Shown: positions 1 to 12,859 of the stretch, piece after piece
Position numbering within the stretch: position 1 is the stretch's first letter
How the letters are laid out: the number at the start of each line of letters is the position of its first letter
Source: Phoronis australis
Taxonomy: Eukaryota; Animalia; Phoronida
DNA: 32,280 nt
NCBI GenBank assembly: GCA_002633005.1
Contig: NMRA01000286.1
Coordinates: 1-32,280, forward strand
Direction: 5' to 3'
Position numbers and translations under genes: made by a program
The notes under the pieces: generated by a model
What the model saw: the letters and a program-made list of their open reading frames with translations, nothing else
Database searches by the model: none
Told to the model about the DNA's origin: nothing

Positions 1-2297
1 TCCTCAGTTTTGCCCCACGTTCGAAGATTTACAGGTGTTGGGAGAGTGTCATATATGGAGCCAAGTAAAAAGCCCAATCTGAATTGGTCTGAAGACAGAA
101 GGTCTTTACCAGTTATCCTTCTGCTGTTCACTCCTTCCCATGATGTCCATGCGCCCTGTTTCCTCAGTCCGACTGCTTCAGCATACCTTCTCTCGTTCTC
201 CTGGGATCTAACTTCGTCCAAAACCAGTTTGCGCCTCTCTTTGTCCGTTGACAACTTCCACCTCTTCCCCGGAACCATTCCCAATCCCTGTCTTCCATGG
301 CGGACGGTTCCCACGATATCTTTATGCCGTAACCTGCTCTCTGCCTCCTCCACTGCTACAGCAGCCTTCCACTTTCTTCCAGAATCTACAGATAATTCAC
401 TCTCTCTGATCATCTCATCTCTCGAGTTCCGCAGAGTCAATAATGTTCTGCACTTTATCACCTGGAACTCCTCCACAATCGATGTCACAGGCAGAGAAAC
501 TGCGCCTCTTTTGATGTATAAGCCGAGTCTTGCAAAACTTGTTGGGACACCCAACCACTTTCTTAACCATCTGCTCACCATCTTTTCCATTTTCTCTGCA
601 GTTGAAATTGAGAAATCGTACATTGTCAGTGGCCACATAACTTTAGGGAAAAGTCCAAACTGGTAGCACCAGACTTTGAATCTGCCCGGGAGACCGCTCT
701 TCTCAATCTTGATCAAATTGTCACTCAGCTCTTTGATGGCTGCCTTTACATGCTCCACATCTTTCAAAGACCCGCTGTAGAACTTCCCAAAGTACTTAAC
801 TGGTTTCCTGCTCACAGATGGAATGGCCTCTGAACCTATCTTGAACGTATGATGTGGGTTGACTTTTCCCTTAACAATGAGAAGGCTACGGGACTTCTCC
901 ACCTTGAAACTCATACGTGCCCAATTAGCCAGCTCGCCCAGTGTCTTGACCACCCAAGCGGCACCTACGGCAAACCCTGTCGTAATCGTCAAATCATCCA
1001 CAAATGCTCTGCAAGGTGGCATCCTTTTACCCTGCAACAAAGGTCCTCTACACTCTTTACTAGCCCGCTTGATGATGACATTCATAGCCATGATGAAAAG
1101 GATGATCGATATGGTGCACCCTGTCATTATCCCCTTCTCGAGAGGCTGCCAACCTGTAGTGAAGTCGTTGACTGTGAACCTCATATACATGTAAGTCCCA
1201 CAAAAGTAACTTGTAATGAGATATCGAAGTTCTCTAGGGATATGGTAGGTCTCCATTGCCAATTCAATTAGTGCATGAGGCATCGATCCATAGGCATTTG
1301 CCATGTCCAAGCATACCACTGCTAAATCAGCCTTGTTTCGCTTAGCATCTTTAATGAGCTCTGTTATGGCGCTATTATGCTCCAGACTTACCACTGCTAA
1401 ATCAGTCTTGTTTCGCTTAGCATCTTTAATGAGCTCTGTTATGGCGCTATTATGCTACACCCTGCATATCCAGGAATTCCACCCTTCTGTACTGTTGGAT
1501 CCACAAACTTGTTGCTCAGGAGATAACTGATCGTCATCCTGGCTGAAATGACTGCAAAAAAAGATCTTCCCTTCCACATCTAAAAGCGAAATGGGGTGAA
1601 AATCACCGATCCTGATGGCTTCCTTCACCTTCGGGATATACACTCCTTCTGCTTTACCCCAAGTGTGAGGCAGAATCTTCTGTTTCCATATAACTCTCAG
1701 AAGCTTCCACAGACGTTTCAACAGCCTTGGACACTTCTTATACACTTTATAAGGCAGACCCGACGGCCCTGGGGCTGACCCTGATCTTGACTTTTCTATG
1801 ACATTCTTCACCTCTGAGAACTTGATGTCCCCCATTTCCAAGGCTACACTTGGTGCATCCTCAACATCCAGCCAATCGAAGTCCGCCAACTGTGCATTCC
1901 TGGCCCCGTCACTGTGCACGTCCTTCAGACGGTTTTCCAGCTCCTCCTGTGTACACTTCAGACGCCCACAGGCCTCCTTCCCCAGAATGCCCTTTACAAA
2001 CTTGAAAGGGGTAGCCATAAACCTCTCTCTTGTGCGTGTACGCTCGGCTGTCTTCTTCCTCAGACGTTCAGCTTTGCTTAATCTCAAAAGCCTAGACCTT
2101 AACTCGAACCGAAGCTGTGCCAAACCTTCTTTCTCCTGCTGAACAGCCTTCTTCCACAACTTCTTCATATGTCGCAATTCCTGCCTGATTTGAGAAATCT
2201 CTATCTGTCTTCTACTTGGGCCTGCTGGTTCTCTGGGTTTTCTCCTCTCCTCTTCCCCAAATCTCTCTTTGCAAATGGAGTAAACCAACCTAAACAT
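1..2297 (-). mobile_element. Degenerate 5'-truncated non-LTR retrotransposon (Hero-like), RT region; 3' part lies outside the window
   Basis: Minus-strand translation gives SAPGPSGLPYKVYKKCP, AEGVYIPK, PISLLDVEGKIFF, LDMANAYGSMPH, GIMTGCTIS, CRAFVDD (RT catalytic motif), GRKWKAAVAVEEAESRLRHKDIVG and SIYDTLPTPVNL. Frameshifts near 1555 and 1456 and a 75-bp internal duplication. Similarity to the second element ends near 2297, followed by AT-rich flank. Confidence 0.9.
1314..1456. repeat. Tandem duplication with a 75-bp period inside the RT
   Basis: TACCACTGCTAAATCAG...GCGCTATTATGCT occurs at 1314 and 1389 with one mismatch. Confidence 0.9.
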
Positions 2298-2903
2298 GTG
2301 TATATTATGTAAGTTGAGGTATTTATATATTCTGATGCGCAGCATTTACAGATGTGTATTTTTTAACAGATCTCACTTTGTCCCTAGGTTCTCAATATTA
2401 TTTTTTATAAACTAGAGTATTGTACAGTCATGTTTATTTTCTGGGTAAAATTGTTTCCTTTTTCCTATTATATCTATTTGTATGCATGTTTTAAAAATAA
2501 AAACTTGTGTGATTAGATATATTGCTTATCTTTCATATTACTTCAATTATGTAAAATAATTGCAATGTAAGTGCAACCAACCTATTGGGATGTATCGTTT
2601 CTACAAAATTCGTTCTCAGCCAATGTAACTACCGTATAAGAGGTTTCTGGTTCCTCCACATGAAAATCCAGGTCAAAAAGAAGGTCACAAGTAGTCCTAT
2701 TCAGTTGGAGAATTTTATGATGCCATCTTAACTGAGGCAGGCCAGCCAGCTGGCTCTCTATTGTGTTGGCAGGGAATGGGGTAATTGAAACTTGCGCTTC
2801 AGTTAACAATTCTAATTGGGTTTTGGCTTGAATTTTCAGCAGGAATAGATTCGTCATGAGTGATGCATTCCACCTGGTATCAGCAAATCATTTCTTTCAT
2901 AAG

Positions 2904-3229
2904 TGTTGTCTGGCAGCCATGTCCTACGGGCACCTATAGTGCTCAGCAGAAGTTATCCAATGAAATGGTGGTTATTACTGCGACCAGATCAACTTTACAA
3001 TTGTGTGTGGTGAATGCAGCCGTGGCTACTACTGCACACTCGGCTCAGACACAGCTACGCCGGACGTCAACAGCAAAGGGACTTCTGGACCATGCCCAGC
3101 TGGTCATTACTGTCCAAAGAGGACGACGACCCCACTGCCTTGTCCAGTCGGGACATTTAGTGACGACACAAAGCACCAATTGCAGCCTAGGAATGTATTG
3201 TGGTACAGGGGGACTCACTGAGCCGACTG
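2904..3229 (+). pseudogene. Cys-rich exon A (frameshifted)
   Basis: WQPCPTGTYS, CGECSRGYYCTLGSDTATPD..GPCPAGHYCP and CSLGMYCGTGGLTEPT are split over different frames. Donor GTAAGT at 3230. The 5' edge is approximate. Confidence 0.7.
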
Positions 3230-3948
3230 GTAAGTGGGATCAGCCAATCAGCATTTAGTGACCTATGACCTAAACAAGGGGAGCTGTGAGGACATGTAGA
3301 CTCTTTGCTTTTAGTTTTGTTTTTTCCAGAAATTAGCTGTACTCCAGAATCAAATCTACTAGTTCTGCAATGAGCTAAATGCTGTGTTGCTGAGCCAAGT
3401 CCAACTGATGAATAGCAGAGAATGTTAAGTGTGTGCAAATTGTTAAGACATCCGCCTTAGTTATAGCAAATGTCTGACAAGAACTGGTGATTTGTAATAA
3501 AAACACACAAATACTACGGCCCTAAAACGAATTATTAGTGTTCCTTTAAGATATCAGCATGCCTGTTGCATAACCCATTTTTTCTTTATTTATGAAAAAT
3601 CTCCTTGACAAGAGTGAACAACTATTTTGTTTAATAAACTAGAAGTTAAGCATGTGCCAAGTCTGCACCATTTATACTTTTCGTCATTTCCCTGATGTCT
3701 CCACAGTGTGCTGTTCTTCTTTGGACACAAATCAATCTCAAAAATAATGCTGATTTTGTTTTGTTGCTTACCTGTTTTTGCAGCAATTTTAGAAACTTTT
3801 TTCCGTACTTTTTATTACAGTTTTGCCTACTATGATTGTACATTTTGCCTACTATGATTGTACAATTGGCTGTCCTTTCAGTGTTATACAAATAAGGCTT
3901 GATCCAACTATTTCACACAGTTGATTACTTCCTTTTCTACTATTGCAG

Positions 3949-4263
3949 GTCCATGCTGGGGCGGCTTCTACTGTCTTGAGGGTGCTGGTGCACCCAATAA
4001 TCCCACACTGGACTCTACGAGAGGACCCTGTCCAATTGATCACTACTGTCCAAATGGAACATCGTATCCCTTGGGATGTCAGCAGGTATACCTACAACCC
4101 ATCAACAGGTCTTGCCGAGTGCATCACCTGTCCCACTGGATACTACTGCCTGGAGAACTCCACAGATTTTTCAGGCACCTCGTGTTTCACTGGACACTAC
4201 TGCCCTCTGGGGACTAAGTATGGAAACGAGTTCCTTTGTGATAAAGGTTCAACAATGTGACAG
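3949..4263 (+). pseudogene. Cys-rich exon B (frameshifted)
   Basis: Acceptor ttgcag at 3948. GPCWGGFYCLEG..CPIDHYCPNGT then shifts frame to CITCPTGYYCLENST..GHYCPLGTK. Donor GTTAGT at 4264. Confidence 0.8.
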
Positions 4264-4442
4264 GTTAGTATGGTGTGCTTTCTAAGCTCTATGGTGCGTA
4301 TTGCTATGATCTCAATCTGGGCAGACATTCAGCTTTCACCTCAATATCTCCTAAATGCCTTGAAGGATTGTCATTTCGTTTGTAAAATGTAATTTTAACA
4401 TTTTGTCCAACATGATATTAATTGTTAAAGAATTTGTAAGTA

Positions 4443-6880
4443 CCGTAAACGTTCGGGTTAACGCCCTGGGCGGTTAAATTGGCAAACCCAAAAAATCTGG
4501 GGTGGGCGGTTAACCAGACATGGGCGCTTAAACGTGAAATTTCACGAAATCCAGGGTGGGCGGTTAACCGAACATGGGCGCTTATTACGACAGGCAACTG
4601 CCCTGGGCGGTTAATCTTACCTCACAGTCCCCACACCACACACGCACTCGGAACGCGTAGCACTTTTCAAAGAGCGTTATCGTCACGTCGCCACATGACG
4701 GGAAAATGTCATAACAGCGGATGATCCCAACAAAGGTTCTCTTGCCCTCAGATTAGTTATACACTATTAAATTTACAGAATTGCTGAGTAATAGCCCCAT
4801 GCCGTCCTGCGGTCTTGTTACTTTGCCCTGCGCAGCGCAGACGACCAGAGACCACGCAGCCTCTACTTGGATTGCAAATATTTCAACACGTGACCTTGCT
4901 AAAGTGCGCGCGTGCAAGCTTCACTTGTTGCAGAGGTCATAGCAGACACCAAATTTATGGTTACAGGCTCGTACTAGCTGCCAAGTTCATAGTCAGAGAG
5001 CAGTTTTAAAATTAGTTGTAATAAAAGTTTGATAAACTTAACTCAGATGTTTTTTGTGTTTGGGATATCGACAATCCGTGACTCAATGACATTTTCAGCG
5101 TATGGTTCTGCGGCTAGCTTTTTTATCTCGACCGCCTGGCATTGTTCACTTGCCGTTGTGCCAAACATGCTCGGCAAAGAAGTAGGCCTAAGACAAGAAT
5201 CGGGGTGAGCCACTCGTCAATCAACAATAAAATTTCGAGCCACAGCATAAATATGTGATAAAATGCCACAAAACAGCGATGTTTAAATTCATTCTTAAAC
5301 GATCACCTTACCAAACTTCGTGGTGGAAAAACATTTATTTTTCATGCAGGATGTCCAGATTATCCTATTTATATCACTTGCAAAATCGCATTGCGGCACT
5401 GTTCGGTCAGGCTGTTAGCGCGCAATGTCTCAGTCGGCTGACAATCGTGATTTATAAATGCCGTCAAGTAATATAACGGCCTCTTTCGATATATGCACCT
5501 CGTTTTTTTATGGCAAAAGATAGCGGCGGGATTCAGCACGCACGTAGGGCCTACGTGTGAGTCACCTGTCAATCACATGTTGGTGTCAAGGTAACATGCA
5601 CTCCAAAGTGTGGGAACTTGCGCACGTGCACCACAACAAAGTCGCCAAAGAGAATAGCGACAGTCCTAAGTATCAAAAACGGGCGTGACTATGTACTTTT
5701 AAGCTGTTGCTACAAAAGACCCAATTCTTTACGATGTTCCTCCATTGCCAATGTTCCCCAAAACTGCGATGTCAAGTCAATTCCGATATTTCCCGGCTCG
5801 ATGTTCCCTAAGCCCATGCCCGTAGCTAGCTGCGTGCATCTCTTACCCACTATCGCCAATTTTCAGTCAGTCTACGTCGTAGATATTTCAGACTAGAATG
5901 GTAAGAATTTTTGTTCAGGCTGAAACTGGCCAATGTATAAACAAAATTATTCTGGATGGCTAAAAAGGGGATGTGGAAACGATAATTCACACAGTCACGC
6001 TTACGTGGGGGCTGACGCAAGAAATAGTAAACAGCCAGCGACATTAGTTAAATCTGCTAACGCCAGTTTGACTGAGATGCAATACGCGAAAAACAAAATT
6101 TGACTAGCAGTTTTTTATTACCTCAAGATCATACACAAACGTACATTATTGTCAACCTTTGAATTCAGAAATCGATAGGCAGCAACGAAATCGGTAACCC
6201 AGTAAGGCACTTGTACTGTCCCTTCGATCGCCACACATCCTCTATAACCCGGCAGTTACATTCATCAAAATATTGAGAATTTGACCTCTTTCCGTGAGTT
6301 GTGCGATTTGTTCAAAATACGAGAGCTTCCCACCTTAATAGAATTTGGAGGGTTGGCAAAACCATGGTCACATTTCTCTGGCCTGATTTTTTCGAATATA
6401 TGTTTTATCTTGTGCACTACAGATGGAAACTCAGCGCGGCAGACAAAGTCGCTGAAAGCGGAGGTTTTGACGCCGGCGGCGTTCTTAAACTTTGCAAACA
6501 TGGGAAGAAAATAAAGTGACAAAAACGTTCAAGTATTACATTTTGAAGTGAGTCCATGACCCAAGACAATAACTCGTTACTTGAATTGTAATTCACATTG
6601 CTAAACCACCGTCTTGGAAGCCCGGCATCGTTGCGCTCTTTGTGATCATCGATCTTTTTCTAAAAGTCGGGAAATCACACGTTTCCTTAGCACTGGGCGC
6701 TAAATCTTCATTCTTTAAAAATCGGGGATGGGCGCTTAACCGAGAGGTGGGCGCTTAACTGGAAATCTTCAAAAATCGTGGGGGGCACTTAACCGAGCAG
6801 TGGGCGGTTAAATCGAAAATCCACCTAAAGTAGGGGGTGGGCGGTTAACTGAGCATGGGCGTTTACCCGAACGTTTACGG
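4443..6880. mobile_element. Non-autonomous Tc1/mariner (Tc2/pogo-like) DNA transposon, about 2.4 kb
   Basis: TIRs CCGTAAACGTTCGGGTTAACGCCC / GGGCGTTTACCCGAACGTTTACGG (one mismatch). TA on both sides (4441-4442, 6881-6882). GGGCGGTTAA/GGGCGCTTAA subterminal repeats at both ends. No recognisable transposase ORF. Confidence 0.85.
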
Positions 6881-7182
6881 TATGTTAACACTTGCTGTGA
6901 TGCGTGCTTATATCATGCAGTAGTTAATTGTTACATTAATGGATGTTTTACTTGTCAGTGGAGAAACATTGAAAGTGCTAGCACATTTTGACTTTTCCTG
7001 GGAAAAAAGCTTCAAAGTGTATCAACTTTCTTTTGGTTCCAGTCTGCATGCTCGTGATATCTCATAATTGAACACTGCAATTTGTTGCCTCAGGTGAGGT
7101 ATGTTGACTGACTGCATAATTATCTTTATCTTAAGAGAGCTCTGCGGCATTTGTGAGAATGCTTTTGAACTTGCACTTGCAG

Positions 7183-7452
7183 GAAAACAGAGTAGCTCTG
7201 ACTGCATGCTCTGTCCACCTGGCTGTTACTGCGCCACGCCTGGCCTCACCAATCCTACTGGCCCGTGTGCTGAAGGCTGGTACTGTGTGCGTGGTGCCTG
7301 GGCTGCACAACCCACTGATATTGGCAACATCACATATTCTAATGCATCGGTCACAAATAACTGCTACTGTTCAGTGAATGCCACTGGGGGGCAGTGTCAG
7401 CCCGGACAATACTGCCCAGAAGGATCCAATGAGCCTGTACCCTGTACTACAG
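7183..7452 (+). pseudogene. Cys-rich exon C (open, 270 nt)
   Basis: Acceptor ttgcag. Encodes CMLCPPGCYCATPGLTNPTGPCAEGWYC...CQPGQYCPEGSNEPVPCTT. Donor GTAATA at 7453. Confidence 0.85.
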
Positions 7453-8023
7453 GTAATAAAACAGTGATATTGAACTACCTATTTGGGTTTAATATCTTAG
7501 CAGTGATATCTTTTTGATTTGTCATCTTTTGTGAAGTTGTCTTCCTTTTCATCAAAGAACTTATTAAATTAACCATTATCTTTGGACTCATCATGTCATG
7601 AACACATCCACTAAAACAAGAAACTGTAGGAACACCCCATTTATCCACCATCACTCTTATCAGGCTTCTATTGTGAGTCAGCATGCGTGAATAATTGGCT
7701 GATAAGCCACCTCTGGAACTACTTTTGGCTGAATGGATGACCAGGCCATAAAATGATAATTAGCCAAGACCAGTTAGTATAATGCAACAAAGAATAATGT
7801 CTTGCATCACCTAACCTTGGTGGAAAGCTGTATACTGTATTGGCTCAAACAAACGCTTAGAAAAATTCATTTCACGGGGAGGGGACGCTTATTGTAGTGA
7901 GCCTACAGTAGTTGAAACCCGGTTTCCCAAACGGGTAAAATCGGAAGCTAGGATTCATCAAATTTACGCTCTGTGACGTATTTGTAGCCTATGACAGCCT
8001 TTCTACAAAATTGTGGTGCATTG

Positions 8024-8595
8024 NNNNNNNNNNNNNNNNNNNNNNNNNNNNNNNNNNNNNNNNNNNNNNNNNNNNNNNNNNNNNNNNNNNNNNNNNNNNN
8101 NNNNNNNNNNNNNNNNNNNNNNNNNNNNNNNNNNNNNNNNNNNNNNNNNNNNNNNNNNNNNNNNNNNNNNNNNNNNNNNNNNNNNNNNNNNNNNNNNNNN
8201 NNNNNNNNNNNNNNNNNNNNNNNNNNNNNNNNNNNNNNNNNNNNNNNNNNNNNNNNNNNNNNNNNNNNNNNNNNNNNNNNNNNNNNNNNNNNNNNNNNNN
8301 NNNNNNNNNNNNNNNNNNNNNNNNNNNNNNNNNNNNNNNNNNNNNNNNNNNNNNNNNNNNNNNNNNNNNNNNNNNNNNNNNNNNNNNNNNNNNNNNNNNN
8401 NNNNNNNNNNNNNNNNNNNNNNNNNNNNNNNNNNNNNNNNNNNNNNNNNNNNNNNNNNNNNNNNNNNNNNNNNNNNNNNNNNNNNNNNNNNNNNNNNNNN
8501 NNNNNNNNNNNNNNNNNNNNNNNNNNNNNNNNNNNNNNNNNNNNNNNNNNNNNNNNNNNNNNNNNNNNNNNNNNNNNNNNNNNNNNNNNNNNNNN
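8024..8595. other. Assembly gap (N run)
   Basis: Continuous Ns. Confidence 1.
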
Positions 8596-9224
8596 TTTTG
8601 AATATTGCAATGCATGTGTTCCAAAATCTAAATAACTTGGGTCCTATATTTTTGTATTAGTGCGCGCCGAATGAAAGTAATCGTGAGTGTTGCTGTGTTG
8701 CAAAATCTCTTATCCTGGGCCGATTTGAAAAATTCAAAGTTGTACTCATATTTGTTTTCGCTCCTCTTTTCAAATATTACAGTAAAAACTACGTAAAACT
8801 CTCTCCATAAAAAGTACAGTCTGCTAGCTAGATTGTAATCAGCTGATCATATCCGCATGAGCGAAGCCAATTATCCTCGCTCGTGATTCGATGACTAGAG
8901 CAGCTTGGCGGCATCCCTTTGATCGTGAGCCGAGCGCGACTCAGCCAAGGTGGATAAATACGGTCTAGTTCAATTTTCCATACCCCACCGTTTACCTTAA
9001 CCACTGGGGTTAGAACCAATCTTATTTAGTGGGAATGTTCATAGCATGATCAAGTTACATAGTTTATGAATTCTCAATGCCTGAAAAAAATCTGAACTCG
9101 TGTCTTACAACATGACGTGGTGGCTATTTTTTGTGAAAAATGGAAAGTAGACTTCATGTTTAATTATTCTTGGGACTTTACATACAGATTAGTGTCTCAG
9201 ATGATTGCTTTACCCTCATATAAC

Positions 9225-9725
9225 CAGGGCTTGGAATTTTCCGCGGAAACGCGGATTTCCGCTTTTTTCAAATGTGCTTTCCGCTTTTTTATAATATTTC
9301 CGCGTAAAAAAATCGGATTTGATATAAAATTTCGGCGGCAAATTCCTTTGTTACCGCGGCGTTGCAGACTACGTTCACCTCGAAAAGCGGAAGTTGCTCT
9401 TTATGTTTCGGAGGAACGTAAATTGTCAACATTGCCGGGGCATCGGAGACAGCTTGGGGGGATTTTCAATGGCGTCTCGTGTTATTGTTAAGCGCGGCGA
9501 CAAATACCACCGCTGTGCAGCAAAAATGTGTGGGTTGGGAGCGGACGGGGTGAACTAAAAGGACGCAGACGCATGCTACTGATGGTGGTAACGTTTTTTT
9601 TTTTTTTAGTCCTCCTGATTTTTGTCGGGGAAAGGTTCACATTGACCATTTCAAGGCTGGTTATCGGGCATGATTTGGGCCGTAAAAGTTTCCGCGTTTT
9701 TTGTCATTGGTCATTCCAAGCCCTG
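9225..9725. mobile_element. MITE of about 500 bp with hAT-like termini and a 6-bp TSD
   Basis: 13-bp TIR CAGGGCTTGGAAT / ATTCCAAGCCCTG. TATAAC directly flanks both ends (9219-9224 and 9726-9731). Confidence 0.8.
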
Positions 9726-10197
9726 TATAACACATACCAGCCATCGAAGCGCCTCTTTAAAAACATCCCAAGTCTTCATGTTTTCTTTGTTTGAAGGAAA
9801 ATTAAAAAATCTTGAAATACTCTTTCTTAGGCCATAGACTATGAATTTAGCATGGAAAATTTAATTTGAGTTCATTCAGGGCTGAAGAGAAATCATTGTT
9901 TTAAAGCTTTTAAAATCCAGATACAAATTTGCCACGTAATTGAAATCAATTGATGTTGTCTCAAGCAACTTGTTTATTTGGTCCAGAAGTATTGCGATTT
10001 AAGAAAAGCTAATATGTCAACATTTCATTGTTGAAAATGTCCATTAAGGCTGATCACAACTCTGTTGTGTACATTCATTAATTTGCAGCCTTTTCATTTT
10101 TTCAATTATCGTATTTGTAGACTGAAGTGTTCACTAACAAACAAATTTGTAAAATTGCTACTCAAAACGTCATGAAATATTTTAGATGACATGTTGA

Positions 10198-11609
10198 CGG
10201 GTGAGAAACAATATGACCACCCGTCCTCTAAACAGGACCTCCGGGGATCAAATGGGACCGCCGCACCAGAAAATGGGACTGACGCACCTAAAAACATGGA
10301 CCGCCCCACCACAAAACAGGACCGCCGGGGACTAAAACTGCAATGACTAACAGGCTAAGATTTATTACCGTTAGGCCTACACAGATCATACAATGGTGCT
10401 ATATACGTATGCATATGCAGGTCTTGTGCCGATTAATCCACCGAAATCTTTTGTGAGCAACAGACGACACTTCGCTTTGTAATACGCGGCGCTTTTGAGT
10501 TTTACTCATCACCATGTTACCAGCTGCGGTATGTAACTTATAAACAGTTGAAAGGTCAACAGTTAATAAATCTAACACAAAACAACCTCGTTGTACGATT
10601 TTGAGCTAAATAATTATGATTTTATCCAATGCGTAAGTTTTAGAACAAAATGAAAATCATTTTCTCCAATTTGATGTTTAAAGTTAGTCAAGTAAAAAAA
10701 CGGGCGTTGTCGGGTGAAGCATCATCGTACTAACTGCCTTTGTGTGGCAAAGCTGTATACTAAATATACAGCTTTGCTGTATACTAAATATACAGCTTTG
10801 TGCCGATGTGGGTAAAAAAACTGAACATGTAAAATCTTCTTCCGGCGAATTTGTGTTATTAACGACACTCTTCCTTGAGTAAATTAAATTATTTCATCGG
10901 CGCTCGAGAAAAATTGTTGTTCTGTCGTTATTCTGCGTTCTCTTAAGTTGGCTTACATTGGCCGGTTCCTTTCCCCCCGATTCTTCAGTCAACTGTTCTT
11001 CTACAAGGTTGCGTATCTGGCACAAAAAATTATCGAAACTGGTTTCATTTCGTTATAAGTTTTTAGTATTTTGATACCAGCAAACCGAATTTCATAACAA
11101 ATCTTGTTGCTGCCAAGTTGTCATCATCTTTCGAAAGATGTCGCAAAATTTTTCTGAGGAAATGGCGCGTGCACATGTCACGAGGGCGACAGACTTATTG
11201 TTACAACAGTTCATTAGATTGTTTTTCACTCGAGCGGTTGCAAACTGTAAGGTGAGTGTTGGTTGACGCCTAGATTTTGCATGCGCTTGCGTCGGTCGCG
11301 CGCTCTACTACATGTTGATGTAAGTTTCACGACAAGGTGACGAGCAGAACTACCTAGGCTGTGGGAAATTTCGGGGATGTAATGGAGCTCAATAACGCAA
11401 AGCTGTCAAGCTTTATTTTGGCGATAGTCTTTACACAGCTATATGACCGGTTACGTCATAGCCCGCAGTATCACACAAAGGCCTTAACTACTCAGTCCCC
11501 GGCAGTCCTGTTTTGTGGTGGGGCGGTCGTGTTTTTGGGTACGTCAGTCCTGGTTTGGGTGAGTCAGTCCGATTTGGAGGACCGGCGGTCATGTTGTTTC
11601 TCACCCATG
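10198..11609. mobile_element. Non-autonomous DNA transposon of about 1.4 kb with a 7-bp TSD (P-element-like or hAT-like)
   Basis: TIR GGGTGAGAAACAATATGACC / GGTCATGTTGTTTCTCACCC(ATG). ATGTTGA at 10191-10197 and 11610-11616. GGACCGCC-type subterminal repeats. The left terminus appears to lack 2 nt. Confidence 0.75.
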
Positions 11610-12625
11610 ATGTTGAAATACTTTGTCTTGTTTGCTTGCATGCTAAATAAAGCAAGTCAATAGATATGCACTGTCATTAGAAGGACAATCACAACCACGC
11701 TCATTTGATACCAAGTTTGTCTCCTATTAGTAGAGTTTTTGCAAGTTGTTTGGCAGGTTTTCTTTATTTTTGAATAAATTCAAATGCATAGGCTTTCCCA
11801 TCAAACTCCGAGGCTTTGTGGATAGGCACTGATATCTTGTCAATTGTCTCCATCTCATCTTCCGTTCAATGTACTCAAAATACGTCTTAAATTTTCAAAT
11901 TTCCAAATTTCGAACCAAGAATCCGACCTGAAGGCCACTCGCTCGTTGGCTGAATTTCTCAGTTAGACTAGAACTAAAATCGCACATTGTGTTAGGATGA
12001 AGTATGTGTCAACTCAGCCCTTTAGTGTAACTCATTCCATCTCAACTTTAAGTAAAGAAAGACTTTGTAATGCGGACAAGGTCAGATAAAATCTGTATTT
12101 TTTCAACAGATAACCAATTTTTGTATCAATTAAGTTAGTGGTGAATAGTCACAGTGAATGAAGGAAATTTAATCTTCACTGCATACGCCTTTATGGTTTT
12201 AGGCTATTGAAAAAACATGTCCAGTACTTTAAAATTCTGAGGAAGGTCCCAGTTGGCACCAAAAAAAGTGTCTCTCTAGCTATACCTATATATAGATATA
12301 TCGTCGTACGGAAAATGCCAAATATTGTATCTAATGAGTGTCATCACGACTGTGAGGTGACATGCTATTTAGAAGTGTTAAACCATGTTAAATAGTGTTC
12401 TCTTAAAACATTTTCAAAATAAATGGTTTTCCACAGTGCTGCTTTGTTAGTGAGGGAAAATTTTCACAAGATTTCGTTGCAATTTGTTTTATCTATGTTA
12501 CACAGGGTATAAGTTGGAATGGTTTAGATTATGCTACACCTGACAACATTATACACTGAAAGCTTGCAGATGAGACATGTGCTGTGAGGTTACGTTTGAG
12601 TAATTAAATTTTCTTCATGACAGCC

Positions 12626-12859
12626 GATCTTACTGCGAGACATATGGCCTAGCCAAGGTCTCTGGACCTTGTGACCAGGGCTATTACTGCACATTGGGTG
12701 CATTGACTGCAAGACCAACAGATAGCACCACTGGAGACGAGTGCACCAGAGGTCACTACTGTCCACAAGGCACTGGCAAACCTGAGCTATGTCCTGCAGG
12801 TTACTTCTCAAACGCCACAGGCAACGTGGCATTTGGAGACTGCCAACTCTGCACTACAG
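12626..12859 (+). pseudogene. Cys-rich exon D
   Basis: Encodes SYCETYGLAKVSGPCDQGYYCTLG...ECTRGHYCPQGTGKPELCPAGYFSNATG...CQLCTT. Donor GT at 12860. The nearest acceptor AG (12623) is out of phase with exon C. Confidence 0.8.

Noticed and set aside
10-2142. Plus-strand ORFs 10-666, 849-1271, 859-1194 and 1798-2142
   Set aside because: They are antisense shadows of the minus-strand RT frame.
7903-8023. Possible TA-CAGT transposon end before the gap
   Set aside because: No matching inverted end is visible and the gap prevents assessment.
7948-8660. ORFs of about 200 aa across the gap
   Set aside because: They consist almost entirely of X from the N run.
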